DNA of 55,863 bases, taken from Nitrospirota bacterium (GTDB taxonomy: Bacteria; Nitrospirota; Thermodesulfovibrionia; Thermodesulfovibrionales; SM23-35). This document shows, piece by piece, positions 28,992 to 39,606 of this stretch. Position 1 is the first letter of the stretch; the number at the start of each line of letters is the position of its first letter. The translations under genes were made by a program, and so were the position numbers. The stretch spans positions 1 through 55,863 of the forward strand of contig JBFMEC010000001.1 of NCBI GenBank assembly GCA_040753575.1, given 5' to 3'. Below the pieces are notes generated by a model. That model did not search any database, was not told the DNA's origin, and was given only the letters and a program-made list of their open reading frames with translations.

Positions 28992-29143
28992 ATGATGCAG
29001 ATGTTGTGAGAAAATTTATTTTTTGATACCTTAGTGTACCTCTAACTGATGGTTTTTGGAATATTTTAGTGGTTAAAACAAATGAAGATACTCCCAATAA
29101 ACTCATCAAGTTAAATAAATTTTCGAACAATATTTGCATCATC
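28992..29143. mobile_element. MITE-like element with ~31-bp terminal inverted repeats (pyrG-kdsA spacer)
   Basis: The left arm ATGATGCAGATGTTGTGAGAAAATTTATTT matches the reverse complement of the right arm, GATGATGCAAATATTGTTCGAAAATTTATTT, at about 26/31. A short relative lies at 4583-4628. There is no coding capacity. Confidence 0.6.
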
Positions 29144-29155
29144 AGTTAAAGGCCC

Positions 29156-30823
29156 CTATTTTTTCTCTTCTGCACTGACTTCCATGTAAGGAAAGAGAGA
29201 CCTTTTCTCTCTGAGAGACGCCTCTATGAATGCCTTGAATAAAGGGTGAGGGTCTGTTGGTCTTGATTTGAATTCAGGATGGAACTGGCAGCCGAGGAAC
29301 CATGGATGGTCTTCAATCTCGATGATCTCCACCAGTTCTCCCTCGGGACTGAGGCCGCCGATCTTCAAGCCATTTCTTGTTAGTATCTCCCTGTAGGCAT
29401 TGTTAAATTCATATCTATGCCTGTGTCTTTCCGATATCTCCTTTCTGCCGTATGCTCTGAGGGCATTTGTCCCATCTTCAAGGATGCAGGGGTAAGCACC
29501 GAGTCTCATAGTACCGCCCTTCTGAGAATTTTCTGAACGCACCTCGACTCTGCCCTTTCTGAAGTCATACCACCTTTCCATAAGGTAAATAACGGGATCC
29601 GGTGTGTTTAAATCAAATTCAGAACTATTTGCAGAAAGACCGCAGACGTTCCTGGCAAATTCAATTACCGCACATTGCATTCCCAGACATATGCCGAAAT
29701 AGGGTATCTTTTTTTCGCGCCCATATCTTATAGCCTCCATCATCCCTTCAATCCCTCTATATCCAAATCCCCCTGGCACAAGAATTCCATCAGCTTCAGA
29801 GAGATATCTCTCGGGGCCGTGAACCTCCACTTTTTCAGCATCTATCCACTGAAGATTCACTCTCGCATCATTTGCGATGCCGCCGTGGATGAGGGCCTCT
29901 ATGAGGCTTTTGTACGAGTCCTTGAGCCCGGTATATTTTCCGACTATTGCTATGTTCACCTCATTCTTGGGTTCCTTTATCCTTTTTACGATATCTTTCC
30001 AGAGAGCAAGGTCTGGCTCTTTAAAACCAAGGTTCAGCCTCTTACTTATAAGATAATCGAGGCCTTCGCTATGCAATACTATAGGCACCTCATAGATCGT
30101 CTCAACATCTGTTGCTGCTATGACAGCATCTCCATCAAGGTTACAGTGAATGGCTATCTTTTTCTTTACGTCGGGTGGAAGGGGCCTATCAGTTCTACAC
30201 AGAAGTATATCTGGCTGAATACCTATCTCCCTGTATTCTTTCACACTGTGCTGGGTAGGTTTTGTCTTAAGCTCACCAGCTGATTTCACGTAGGGAATAA
30301 GGGTCAGGTGTACATAAAGTACATTTTCTCTGCCGACATCATAACGGAACTGCCTTATCGCTTCCAGAAAAGGCAGGCTCTCGATATCTCCGATAGTACC
30401 ACCGATCTCGACTATCACAGCATCAAAATTATTACTTGCCGATTTTATGGCACTTTTGATCTCATCGGTGATATGGGGCACTACCTGAACAGTTTCCCCC
30501 AGATAATCACCCTGCCTCTCCTTTGTGATCACGTTATAGTAAATTCTCCCCGTTGTGTAATTATTTGTTTGTGATGTCCTGATTGACGTGAACCTCTCAT
30601 AATGTCCGAGATCAAGATCCGTCTCTGCCCCATCATCAGTAACAAAAACCTCTCCATGCTGGAAGGGGCTCAATGTTCCCGGATCGACATTTATGTAAGG
30701 GTCCAATTTTTGAAGTGTAACCTTCAATCCCTTTGCTTCAAGGAGAGCACCTATGGCAGCGGCGGCAATCCCCTTTCCGAGGGCCGAAACAACACCACCT
30801 GTTACAAAGATGTACTTAGGCAT
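29156..30823 (-). CDS. pyrG: CTP synthase
   Basis: 555 aa with [19 protein letters not shown] and the GATase motif GICLGMQ. Confidence 0.97.
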   Translation of the reverse strand: MPKYIFVTGGVVSALGKGIAAAAIGALLEAKGLKVTLQKLDPYINVDPGTLSPFQHGEVFVTDDGAETDLDLGHYERFTSIRTSQTNNYTTGRIYYNVITKERQGDYLGETVQVVPHITDEIKSAIKSASNNFDAVIVEIGGTIGDIESLPFLEAIRQFRYDVGRENVLYVHLTLIPYVKSAGELKTKPTQHSVKEYREIGIQPDILLCRTDRPLPPDVKKKIAIHCNLDGDAVIAATDVETIYEVPIVLHSEGLDYLISKRLNLGFKEPDLALWKDIVKRIKEPKNEVNIAIVGKYTGLKDSYKSLIEALIHGGIANDARVNLQWIDAEKVEVHGPERYLSEADGILVPGGFGYRGIEGMMEAIRYGREKKIPYFGICLGMQCAVIEFARNVCGLSANSSEFDLNTPDPVIYLMERWYDFRKGRVEVRSENSQKGGTMRLGAYPCILEDGTNALRAYGRKEISERHRHRYEFNNAYREILTRNGLKIGGLSPEGELVEIIEIEDHPWFLGCQFHPEFKSRPTDPHPLFKAFIEASLREKRSLFPYMEVSAEEKK

Positions 30824-31536
30824 TTTTCCACCCTTTCTAAGTCTTCGGGGGTATCTACCCCGTAGGTTTCAAAAAAGGTCTCTTTAAGTTTGATTTTCAT
30901 TCCATTTTCCAGGGCTCTTAATTGCTCGAGCTTCTCTATCTGTTCAAGCCTTGTTTGATCCATTCCGGCCAGTTCAACGAGCACTTCTTTCCTGTAACTA
31001 TAAAGGCCGATGTGTTTATAAAAATGATTAATTAAATGTGAAGAATGGGGAGCCCGATAAGGGATAGCTGTTCGCGAAAAATATAATGCAAACCAATCCT
31101 TGTCAAAGACCACCTTAACAATATTTGGATCCGAAATTTCCCGCGGGTCTTCTATTTTTTTTATGATGGTTCCGATGGAAGCCCGTCTGTCCTCAAGGAT
31201 GGTAATTACGTCATCTATCATTTGTGGCTTTATGAGCGGCTCATCAGCTTGCATATTCACGATTATGTCAAAATCCACCGAGGTAGCAACCTCCGCGACT
31301 CTATCGGTGCCCGAAGGGTGTGCCCGGTTTGTCATAATCGCCTTTCCTCCAAAAGAAAGTACCTTTTCAAATATGGTTTCGCTATCCGTGGCAACTATTA
31401 CATCATCTGCAAGTTTTGAAAGTCTGGAGTTTTCATATACATGTTGTATTATTGGTCTTCCCCTGAGGAGGCTTAAGGGTTTTCCCGGGAAACGGGTTGA
31501 ATCATAGCGGGCAGGGATAATGACTATCGCTGTCAT
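30802..31536 (-). CDS. kdsB: 3-deoxy-manno-octulosonate cytidylyltransferase
   Basis: 244 aa with [16 protein letters not shown] and NMQADEPLI. Confidence 0.92.
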   Translation of the reverse strand: MTAIVIIPARYDSTRFPGKPLSLLRGRPIIQHVYENSRLSKLADDVIVATDSETIFEKVLSFGGKAIMTNRAHPSGTDRVAEVATSVDFDIIVNMQADEPLIKPQMIDDVITILEDRRASIGTIIKKIEDPREISDPNIVKVVFDKDWFALYFSRTAIPYRAPHSSHLINHFYKHIGLYSYRKEVLVELAGMDQTRLEQIEKLEQLRALENGMKIKLKETFFETYGVDTPEDLERVEKCLSTSL

Positions 31537-31573
31537 GATTTTAACTAATAATTATATAATTCTTCCTCATGCC

Positions 31574-31603
31574 TTGACAATACCTGTTAATAATAATTAT
31601 ATT
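31574..31603 (+). promoter_or_regulatory. Sigma70-like promoter upstream of the PEPCK-like gene
   Basis: TTGACA (31574-31579), an 18-nt spacer, then TATATT (31598-31603). Confidence 0.45.
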
Positions 31604-31722
31604 TTTGAATGTTCATTTAAGGAATGGGGCCAGATCACGTTTTAATATAGTTATAACTTAATATTCCTATATTGGTTTGATCGAGAGAAATTTTGATTTT
31701 TGATTGAAATCGGGAAAGGAAA

Positions 31723-33381
31723 ATGACAGGGCATAAGATTCCGGGCTCTCCATGGAGAGCATACATCGAGAGTGCTTTTTTTGCAAATTCTGTAAGAAAA
31801 ACCACGATGGCTGAACTTCACAAACTCGCCTCGAAGCAGCCAGAGGTCGTTGAAACCTCTGAGCCAATGTATAAACCTGAACAGTTTGGACTTCCTGAAG
31901 ATGCCAGAGTCCTTGTTTCCAACGATGGCGGGATAGTAGGGCGAACTGCAAGGGCAAGGAGATTGGTTCGCGAGATGGGTAAGGAAAGAGATAAATATTT
32001 GTGTCTGTTGGGAGAGGCTATCTATAGTTTCAACCGCCGCCAGGGATTATGGCTCGAAGGTATTGTGGGACTACACCCGGACTTTATGGTTAAGGCACAC
32101 CTTTTGAGCCCCGTAACTGACGCTAAGAATATGCTCGATTGGGGTTTCAACTTTACTCCCTGGATGAAGCCCTGGGCCGATCTCTATGAGAAATCACGTG
32201 TATTAGATGAACCTGATATACTTGTTTTCGCTGATCCAGAATGGTCACATACTGATTTTCCAAGCGGACTCGTGATTATAGATGAGATGCAAAATTGTAT
32301 TGCCATTTTAGGGTTACGATATTTCGGGGAAAGGAAAAAGGGTACACTTACACTTGCCTGGACTGTCGGTGTCCGCCAGAATATGGTTGCCTGTCACGGA
32401 GGAATCAAAAAGATCGGTGATAAACCACCGGTTGCCGTTTTTGGTTTATCAGGTTCGGGGAAATCTTCTATTACTAATAGTCATGACCATGCAGGCACCC
32501 TGAGTGAAAATGAGAGGGTTACCGTTATTCATGACGATGCCTTCCTTATAGATCTGGAAAATGACTTTACCATTGCCCTTGAGCCGAGCCTCTTTGATAA
32601 GACTGATGCTGTTGAATTTCAGGACCCGATAATAAAATATTTCTTCTCGGCCCAGAATGTGGCTGTAACAGAAACTCCTGATGGCAACAAGAAAATAGTC
32701 TGTTCCGATATCAGAAATGAGAACGGCCGGTGCATTAAAACAAGGGATATGTTTAACCATGCGGATTCCTGTGGAAGGCCCGGCATGGTTATATGGTTGC
32801 AAAAAGACACCAGTCTTCCGCCCATAAGCAAGGTTGAGTCAGTAGGCTTGGCCGTGGCCATGGGGGCATCATTAAGCACCATGCGGGCAAAGGGAGTAGA
32901 AAATGTCGATCCCCGGGAACTCGAGAGATTGGTAATCGAGCCCTTTGCAAACCCCTTCAGGGTTCACCCGCTTCTGGTAGATTGCATACAATTCAAGAAG
33001 CTTTTCAAGCTGGGAACGGAATGTTATATAATGAATACCCACGCCTTTGGCCTGCTGGGGGATCTCGTTGATATTCCCAAAGAGCTTTCTCTCTCCATCG
33101 TTACGGAACTGGTGAGAGGAAACATCGAATGGAGGGAATGGAGGGCCTTTCGGGGACTGTCACTTCCTAAAAATGGAGGAGAGTTGTTCGGTGCCGATTA
33201 TGATAAAAAATATAAGCCAACGAGAGATCCTGGATACTTAAGATTCTTGCGTGACAGGATGCAGGATCGCATTAACTATTTATCAAGTAAGAGAGATCTG
33301 GAAAACGATATGGACAGTGCCTTTATTGATCCCCTGGTTGCCGCCAGAACGGTGATAGACCAGATTCTGCATCCCATTTAG
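31723..33381 (+). CDS. Divergent ATP-dependent phosphoenolpyruvate carboxykinase-like protein
   Basis: 552 aa. It is collinear with PckA: LGLRYFGERKKG vs GGTWYGGEMKKG, VACHGG vs SMHCSA, kinase-1a FGLSGSGKSS vs FGLSGTGKTT, and IHDDAF vs GDDEHG. The start is uncertain (31723 or 31807). Confidence 0.6.
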   Translation: MTGHKIPGSPWRAYIESAFFANSVRKTTMAELHKLASKQPEVVETSEPMYKPEQFGLPEDARVLVSNDGGIVGRTARARRLVREMGKERDKYLCLLGEAIYSFNRRQGLWLEGIVGLHPDFMVKAHLLSPVTDAKNMLDWGFNFTPWMKPWADLYEKSRVLDEPDILVFADPEWSHTDFPSGLVIIDEMQNCIAILGLRYFGERKKGTLTLAWTVGVRQNMVACHGGIKKIGDKPPVAVFGLSGSGKSSITNSHDHAGTLSENERVTVIHDDAFLIDLENDFTIALEPSLFDKTDAVEFQDPIIKYFFSAQNVAVTETPDGNKKIVCSDIRNENGRCIKTRDMFNHADSCGRPGMVIWLQKDTSLPPISKVESVGLAVAMGASLSTMRAKGVENVDPRELERLVIEPFANPFRVHPLLVDCIQFKKLFKLGTECYIMNTHAFGLLGDLVDIPKELSLSIVTELVRGNIEWREWRAFRGLSLPKNGGELFGADYDKKYKPTRDPGYLRFLRDRMQDRINYLSSKRDLENDMDSAFIDPLVAARTVIDQILHPI

Positions 33382-33391
33382 AAGGGCCATT

Positions 33392-34060
33392 TTGGATCTC
33401 GCAGCTATCGCAAGACAGATAATCATATCGGCATTTCCAATACTGATAGCTATCACATTCCATGAGTTGTCCCACGGATTCGTCGCAAACAGATTAGGTG
33501 ATCCCACAGCCAGAATGATGGGTAGACTTACTTTAAATCCCATAGCCCATATTGATCCCATCGGAACAATATTATTACCCCTTATGCTTATCATCTTTAC
33601 CAATGGTCAGTTCGTTTTTGGATACGCAAGGCCCGTCCCTATAAACCCCGTAAACTTTAGAAACCCCAGGAAAGATATGGCCATTTCTGCGGCGGCAGGA
33701 CCCGTCACAAATATACTTCTTTCAATTCTAAGCGTATTAATCCTCAGGTTAGTCCTTTTTCCTCTTTCAGTCCTGTTGCCCGAATCTCTGAGCATTATGA
33801 TCATAAAACCCTTAGTTATGATATTCACGGCGAGCGTCGTCATCAATGTGATTCTTGCAGTATTCAATATGATACCGATCCCCCCACTTGATGGAGGAAG
33901 GGTATTGATAGGTTTTCTTCCATACAGGCAGGCTATCTCCTTCAGCAAGATCGAACCTTTTGGATTTATAATAGTCATAATCTTTATAGCGACTGGCATA
34001 GCGAATTATTTTGTTATGCCCATGGTAAATTTGTTTTTGAGAATATTGCAGTCATTTTAG
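33392..34060 (+). CDS. Site-2 protease family (M50) membrane metalloprotease
   Basis: 222 aa with HELSHGFVA (HExxH), multiple TM segments and a PIPPLDGG motif. TTG start as given in the track. Confidence 0.75.
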   Translation: MDLAAIARQIIISAFPILIAITFHELSHGFVANRLGDPTARMMGRLTLNPIAHIDPIGTILLPLMLIIFTNGQFVFGYARPVPINPVNFRNPRKDMAISAAAGPVTNILLSILSVLILRLVLFPLSVLLPESLSIMIIKPLVMIFTASVVINVILAVFNMIPIPPLDGGRVLIGFLPYRQAISFSKIEPFGFIIVIIFIATGIANYFVMPMVNLFLRILQSF

Positions 34061-34114
34061 AAAGATGAAACATTGTTTCAGTAAGAAAATCATTAAGAGT
34101 TATCCGGTTAAATA

Positions 34115-35101
34115 GTGAAAAAGGAAAGAGTCCTCAGTGGCATGCAGGCAAGTGGGAAATTGCACCTGGGGAATCTGATGGGTGCACTGAGTAACTGGGT
34201 CAAATTACAGGATGAATACGATTGTTATTATTTCGTTGCCGATTGGCATGCCCTGACAACGGGTTACACAGAACCTGCATCTATAAGAGAATCCACAGAA
34301 GACGTCCTCATCAATTTTCTTGCTGCCGGCCTTGATCCTGAAAAAAGTACAATATTCCTGCAGTCAAGAATTCTTCAACATGCCGAACTTCACCTGCTGC
34401 TTTCCATGATAATTCCCCTGGGCTGGCTTGAAAGGGTTCCCACCTACAAAGAGAAACAGGAGGAACTAAAAGAAAAAGATCTATCGACCTACGGATTTCT
34501 CGGATACCCTGTTCTTCAGTCTGCAGACATCCTTATATACAGGGCTAAATATGTGCCCGTAGGAGTCGATCAGATACCCCACCTTGAGATTAGCCGGGAG
34601 ATTGCAAGGCGCTTTAATTATCTCTATAAACAGATCTTTCCAGAACCGGAGGCGCTGTTGACAGAATTTCCAAAAGTTGTTGGAACGGATGGAAGAAAAA
34701 TGTCAAAGAGCTACGGGAATGCCATATATCTCTCTGATAGCCCTGAAGAGGTTGAACAGAAGATAAGGACGATGGTTACAGACCCTGCAAGAATCAAAAA
34801 GACAGACAAAGGTAATCCCGAGTTATCTCCCGTTTATCACCTTCATAAAATCTTTTCTTCAAAGGAAGAGCAGGATGAGATCGTAAAAGGGTGCATAACA
34901 GCGGGCATAGGCTGCATAGACTGTAAGAAGATCCTGATCAAGAATGTGCTGAATGTTCTGGAGCCAATCTGGGGAAAAAGGCGAGAGCTTCTGAATAACC
35001 CTGACATGCTTTATCATATGGTTGAGAAAGGAATCGATAAGGCTAAAAAGACCGCCGAAGAGACGATGCAGCTTGTCAGGGAGGCGATGGGTTTAACTTA
35101 A
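34115..35101 (+). CDS. trpS: Tryptophan-tRNA ligase
   Basis: 328 aa. SGMQASGKLHLGN (HIGH-type) and KMSKS. The GTG start is supported by the conserved RVLSG N-terminus. Confidence 0.93.
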   Translation: MKKERVLSGMQASGKLHLGNLMGALSNWVKLQDEYDCYYFVADWHALTTGYTEPASIRESTEDVLINFLAAGLDPEKSTIFLQSRILQHAELHLLLSMIIPLGWLERVPTYKEKQEELKEKDLSTYGFLGYPVLQSADILIYRAKYVPVGVDQIPHLEISREIARRFNYLYKQIFPEPEALLTEFPKVVGTDGRKMSKSYGNAIYLSDSPEEVEQKIRTMVTDPARIKKTDKGNPELSPVYHLHKIFSSKEEQDEIVKGCITAGIGCIDCKKILIKNVLNVLEPIWGKRRELLNNPDMLYHMVEKGIDKAKKTAEETMQLVREAMGLT

Positions 35102-35118
35102 CCTGAATAAGATTTCAA

Positions 35119-36450
35119 ATGCATTTAATGATGAGATATTTTAGAATCCTTCTTTTTCCTCTTTTCTTGTTAATGCCAATGACTATCTATGCCGGGGAAG
35201 TAAAAGAATACGGGCTGGACAACGGAATTAAAGTCTTGATCATTGAAGAACATAAAGCTCCCGTGGCTACATTCCAGGTCTGGTATCGGGTTGGATCAAG
35301 AGATGAGCCTCTCTGCAAATCAGGTCTGAGTCATCTTCTCGAACACATGATGTTTAAAGGTACTTCAAAATATGGACCTGGTGTTTTCTCCAGGATAGTT
35401 CAGAAGAATGGCGGAATTGACAACGCCCATACTACTAAAGATTATACGGTCTACTTTGAGCTTTTTCCCTCTGACAGGATTTCCCTCCCCGTCGAACTCG
35501 AGGCCGATAGGATGCAAAACCTTACAATAAATCCTGAGGAGACTCCTCTGGAAAGAGGAGTCGTTATGGAGGAAAGAAGGTTGAAATATGAGGATGATCC
35601 AAAGAACTCTTTGTTCGAAGAGGTTGTGGCAGCCTCTTTCAAGGTGAGTCCCTATCAAAGACCTGTCATCGGTTGGATGTCTGACCTTAAGTCAATGGAG
35701 AGAGATGACCTGCATAATTTTTATAAAATTTACTATTCTCCTGAAAATGCGGTTATTATTGTTGTTGGAGATGTGAATGCCGAGGAGATGATAAGAAGAA
35801 TTATCTCATCCTTTGGAGAAATTCCTTCCGGTCCTAAAAGGAAGACCGTGACCTGTTTTGAACCTGAGCAGAGAGGTGAAAGAAGAGTTCTCCTTAAAAG
35901 AGAAGCGGAACTGCCCTATGTCCTCATAGCTTATCATACACCCAGTTTTCCCCACGAGGATAGCTTTGCCCTCGATGTCCTGAGCCTCATAATGGCTGGC
36001 GGGAAGAGTTCCAGCCTCTATCGATCCCTGGTTCATGAAAAAGAGATTGCCCTCGGTGCCTCCGCCGATTATAGCGGCTTCAACAGAGACCCCTATCTTT
36101 TTTTCCTTTCGGCAACGGCCTCTCCCGGGAAAGACATAAAGGATGTAGAAGATTCTCTCTATGCGGAGATTGAGAAGATAAAGGAACAGCCCCCTTCTGA
36201 GAGGGAGGTTCAGAAGGCAAAAAATCAGATCGAGTCATCTTTTATTATGGAGCAGGACTCTATTTATGTTCAGGCTATGAAATATGGACTCTTCGAGATG
36301 CTGGGAGACTGGAGGCTTATCGACAGATATCTTGAGGGGATAAGAAAGGTAAAACCTGATGATATAGTGAAGGTGGCAAAAAAATATTTAAAAGAGGAAA
36401 ACAGAACAGTGGGCATATTAATTCCCGCTAAAGAGCAAAATTTAAAATGA
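35119..36450 (+). CDS. M16 family zinc peptidase (active subunit)
   Basis: 443 aa with a signal peptide and the inverted zinc motif HLLEHMMFKG. Confidence 0.85.
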   Translation: MHLMMRYFRILLFPLFLLMPMTIYAGEVKEYGLDNGIKVLIIEEHKAPVATFQVWYRVGSRDEPLCKSGLSHLLEHMMFKGTSKYGPGVFSRIVQKNGGIDNAHTTKDYTVYFELFPSDRISLPVELEADRMQNLTINPEETPLERGVVMEERRLKYEDDPKNSLFEEVVAASFKVSPYQRPVIGWMSDLKSMERDDLHNFYKIYYSPENAVIIVVGDVNAEEMIRRIISSFGEIPSGPKRKTVTCFEPEQRGERRVLLKREAELPYVLIAYHTPSFPHEDSFALDVLSLIMAGGKSSSLYRSLVHEKEIALGASADYSGFNRDPYLFFLSATASPGKDIKDVEDSLYAEIEKIKEQPPSEREVQKAKNQIESSFIMEQDSIYVQAMKYGLFEMLGDWRLIDRYLEGIRKVKPDDIVKVAKKYLKEENRTVGILIPAKEQNLK

Positions 36451-37793
36451 AAAATTCAAAATCCAGGAAGATATTAATTATTTTATTAATTTTAAATTTT
36501 ACATTTTTAATTTTAAATTTAAAGAATGTTTTTGCCCTTGACGCAAAAAGGACTGTCCTTCCAAATGGTCTTATAGTCCTTCATTCAGAGAAGCACAACC
36601 TTCCTATAGTTATGGTTACTCTTCTTGTGAAGGCAAGCCCCCTTAATGAAGCAGAAGAGAAGGCGGGACTGGCCAATCTAACAGCTGAACTCCTTAGGGA
36701 AGGCACAAAGAAACGCTCTTCTTCAGAAATAAGTGAGGAGATTGAATTCATAGGTGCTTACCTCGATGTATCGGCCGGAATTGATTATACAACGGTAACT
36801 CTATCAGTCCTGAAAAAAGATATCAAGCAGGGCTTCGAGTTGTTTTCTGATATTCTGCTTAATCCTGTCTTTCCTGAGGGTGAGATCAAAAAGAAAAAGG
36901 AACTCATCAAGGGTTATATAAGACAGCGCCAGGAAGACCCCTCATTCATTGCAGAACAAACCTTCAAAAGAGGGGTCTTTGGTGAACATCCTTACGGAAG
37001 GCTCGTGGAGGGTTCCCCCGAAACTATTGATAAAATAAAAAGGGAAGACCTGACAAAATTCTATTCGGATTATTTTCTTCCGAACAATTCTATTCTATCT
37101 GTTGTAGGAGATGTCACCCCGGAGGAAGTCACTTCTCTGATAGAAAGATACCTTGGAGGATGGAAAAGGGCTGAGGTGAAATTAGTTACTGCTGGAAAAT
37201 CTGAAGTTAGGAAGATCAAAAAGATTTCAAAAATAGATAGGGATCTGAGCCAGGCAAATATTATTCTCGGTCATCTAGGCCTGAGCAGAGACAATCCGGA
37301 TTACTATGCGGTTTCTGTCATGAGCTATATACTTGGGGGAGGAGGCTTTTCATCGAGGCTCATGCGGTCAATAAGAAATGAAAAAGGCCTTGCCTACGAT
37401 GTATATAGTCTTTTCTCAGCCAACAAAGAAGGTGGAATTTTCCAGGTGGGTGTCCAAACAAGGAACGAGTCTGCCAATACAGTGATTGAAGAGATACTGA
37501 AACAGGTTGAAAGGATAAGAAAAGAGGAGGTTTCGGAGGAGGAACTGTCAGATGCTAAATCCTATCTGACGGGTAGTTTTCCCAGGAGGCTTGATACTAA
37601 TAGAAAGATTGCTGACTTCCTTGCCTCTGTGGAATTTTACAACCTCGGACTTGATTATGCGGAGAAGTATTATGGCTACATAAATTCGGTTACAAAGGAT
37701 AGTGTTCTGAAAGTTGCAAAGAAGTATCTCGATCCCGAAAATTATATTCTCGTTGTCGTGGCAGATCAGGAAAAGGCAAGTCTCAAATATTGA
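36447..37793 (+). CDS. M16 family peptidase, non-catalytic partner subunit
   Basis: 448 aa with the M16 fold pattern but no HxxEH. 4-nt overlap with the upstream M16 gene. Confidence 0.8.
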   Translation: MKNSKSRKILIILLILNFTFLILNLKNVFALDAKRTVLPNGLIVLHSEKHNLPIVMVTLLVKASPLNEAEEKAGLANLTAELLREGTKKRSSSEISEEIEFIGAYLDVSAGIDYTTVTLSVLKKDIKQGFELFSDILLNPVFPEGEIKKKKELIKGYIRQRQEDPSFIAEQTFKRGVFGEHPYGRLVEGSPETIDKIKREDLTKFYSDYFLPNNSILSVVGDVTPEEVTSLIERYLGGWKRAEVKLVTAGKSEVRKIKKISKIDRDLSQANIILGHLGLSRDNPDYYAVSVMSYILGGGGFSSRLMRSIRNEKGLAYDVYSLFSANKEGGIFQVGVQTRNESANTVIEEILKQVERIRKEEVSEEELSDAKSYLTGSFPRRLDTNRKIADFLASVEFYNLGLDYAEKYYGYINSVTKDSVLKVAKKYLDPENYILVVVADQEKASLKY

Positions 37794-37844
37794 TTTAAAT
37801 TCCAGAATCCAAAATCAGGATACAGGATTTTAGACCGTCTATCT

Positions 37845-38693
37845 TTATCTCTTGATTCGTAAAGTCTCACTATAACCTACGACTGAAATGCCAGCCTTTT
37901 CTGACTCTTCGATAATTTTCTTCTTGTTAAGCATGATGCTGTTTCTTGCCTCAACGGCAAGGACCTTCACTCCTGCTTCAACCATGGCCTTCAGTGTATC
38001 TAATCCTACAACAGGCACATCAAATCTCATATCCTGCTGAGGCTTGCTGACCTTCACAACCACAGCTCCTTCGCCGGCAAGCCTTCCACCTCTTTTTATC
38101 GCCTTATCAGTACCTTCTATAGCTTCTACGGCCATGACGGCCTGATTTTTGACCACAACTGTCTGTCCTATATCGAGCCCGCTTATCTCCTTTGCAATCT
38201 TCCAACCGAAGGCGATATCTTTCCATTCCTCTTCGGTAGGCTCTCTTTTTGTTAGCAATCCCTCGGGTGTGACCAGATTCGAACCGAAGGTGGTTATGTC
38301 GAGAAGGTTAAGGCTCTCTTTCTTAATCTCCTTCGTAAGGGCTAACAGGATTGTGTCATCGCTCCTGTCCTTTAAAGAAAAGAGGAGTTTTATGGCCCTG
38401 AGGTCAGGTGTGATTTTACTTCTGTAAAGCAACGATTTAGGCACCTTCCCAGCCATGACTACCTCTTTGACTCCGTATCTTTTCAGAGAATCGAGTATTT
38501 CACCGAGCCTGCCGACATTAATCCATTTTATTTCATCCACATGGGAAGATAGTGATCTGTCAGCAAGAGGTTCGAGTGCAATAGCAAAGACTTTGTACCC
38601 CCGTGATTGTGCTTCGGCTGCAATAATTTTAGGTAAATCCCCCATACCCGAGATTAATCCCAATTTCTTTTCTACCTGATGAATTCTTCTCAA
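37845..38693 (-). CDS. lpxI: UDP-2,3-diacylglucosamine hydrolase LpxI (DUF1009)
   Basis: 282 aa with an N-terminal KLGLISGMGDLPKIIA like LpxI. It sits directly downstream of lpxA in the lpxD-fabZ-lpxA cluster. Confidence 0.72.
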   Translation of the reverse strand: MRRIHQVEKKLGLISGMGDLPKIIAAEAQSRGYKVFAIALEPLADRSLSSHVDEIKWINVGRLGEILDSLKRYGVKEVVMAGKVPKSLLYRSKITPDLRAIKLLFSLKDRSDDTILLALTKEIKKESLNLLDITTFGSNLVTPEGLLTKREPTEEEWKDIAFGWKIAKEISGLDIGQTVVVKNQAVMAVEAIEGTDKAIKRGGRLAGEGAVVVKVSKPQQDMRFDVPVVGLDTLKAMVEAGVKVLAVEARNSIMLNKKKIIEESEKAGISVVGYSETLRIKR

Positions 38694-38707
38694 GTGCTTA
38701 CCACCTC

Positions 38708-38820
38708 TAAATCACCAATAACCAATAATCAAACATCAAATAAATTCTAATAACCAAGCTCCAATGACCAAACAGTTTTGGAACTTGAGATTTGGTTATT
38801 GTAATTTGGTTATTGGTTTA
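38708..38820. repeat. Heptamer-word inverted block (lpxA-lpxI spacer)
   Basis: AAATCAC CAATAAC CAATAAT CAAACAT ... TAACCAA GCTCCAA TGACCAA is followed by GAGATTT GGTTATT GTAATTT GGTTATT GG. Confidence 0.8.
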
Positions 38821-38823
38821 TTC

Positions 38824-39603
38824 TTATCTACAGATCCCTCTTTTATTTTTCTGTATAAACTCAATAAGGTGTTTTATCTCATCCGTATAAGGAAGGTCCT
38901 CCTGTATTTTCTTTATTGCATCTTTCAGGGTTCTTTTCTCTCTAAAAAGAATCTTATATGCCTTTTTGAGTTCATTTATGGTCGAATCAGAAAAGCCATG
39001 TCTCTTTAACCCAATTGTATTAAGACCAAAGAGTTTCGCCCTCGCACCTGAGGCTATCATATAGGGCGGAATATCCTGTCCCACGCCGCTGAAACCACCG
39101 ACCATCGCATAGGCTCCGATCCTTGTGAACTGATGTACCGCCACCAGCCCGCCTATGACGGCATAGTCTTCAACCATGACATGACCAGCGAGGGTAGCAA
39201 CATTTGCCATTGTCACGAAACTTCCGATCCTGCAATCGTGTGCTATGTGAACATAGGCCATAAGGAAATTGTTGTCTCCTATTGTGGTCAAGCCATCTCC
39301 GCCAACAGATGCCCTGTGTAAAGTTATATATTCCCTGATAATATTGTTGTTTCCGATCTTTACCCCTGTTTTTTCTCCTTTATATTTTGTATCCTGAGGC
39401 GGAAGGCCAATACTGGTGAAGGGATATATTATGCAGTTTTCACCTATCTCTGTATTTCCTTCTATAATTACATTCGAAATAAGTTTTGTTCCTTTCTTTA
39501 TAGTAACGTCTTCTCCGATAATACAGAATGGTCCAATGGAAACATCTTCACCTATTTGTGCTTGAGGACTTACTATTGCCGAAGAATGGATTCCCATTTT
39601 CAT
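38824..39603 (-). CDS. lpxA: Acyl-ACP--UDP-GlcNAc O-acyltransferase
   Basis: 259 aa with left-handed beta-helix hexapeptide repeats and a helical C-terminal domain, in lpx cluster context. Confidence 0.92.
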   Translation of the reverse strand: MKMGIHSSAIVSPQAQIGEDVSIGPFCIIGEDVTIKKGTKLISNVIIEGNTEIGENCIIYPFTSIGLPPQDTKYKGEKTGVKIGNNNIIREYITLHRASVGGDGLTTIGDNNFLMAYVHIAHDCRIGSFVTMANVATLAGHVMVEDYAVIGGLVAVHQFTRIGAYAMVGGFSGVGQDIPPYMIASGARAKLFGLNTIGLKRHGFSDSTINELKKAYKILFREKRTLKDAIKKIQEDLPYTDEIKHLIEFIQKNKRGICR

Positions 39604-39606
39604 TAT

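Noticed and set aside
31667-31957. 96-aa minus-strand ORF overlapping the 5' end of the PEPCK-like gene
   Set aside because: It has no RBS, its composition is odd (Gln/Leu/Ser-rich), and it overlaps a gene with clear homology. It is likely spurious.
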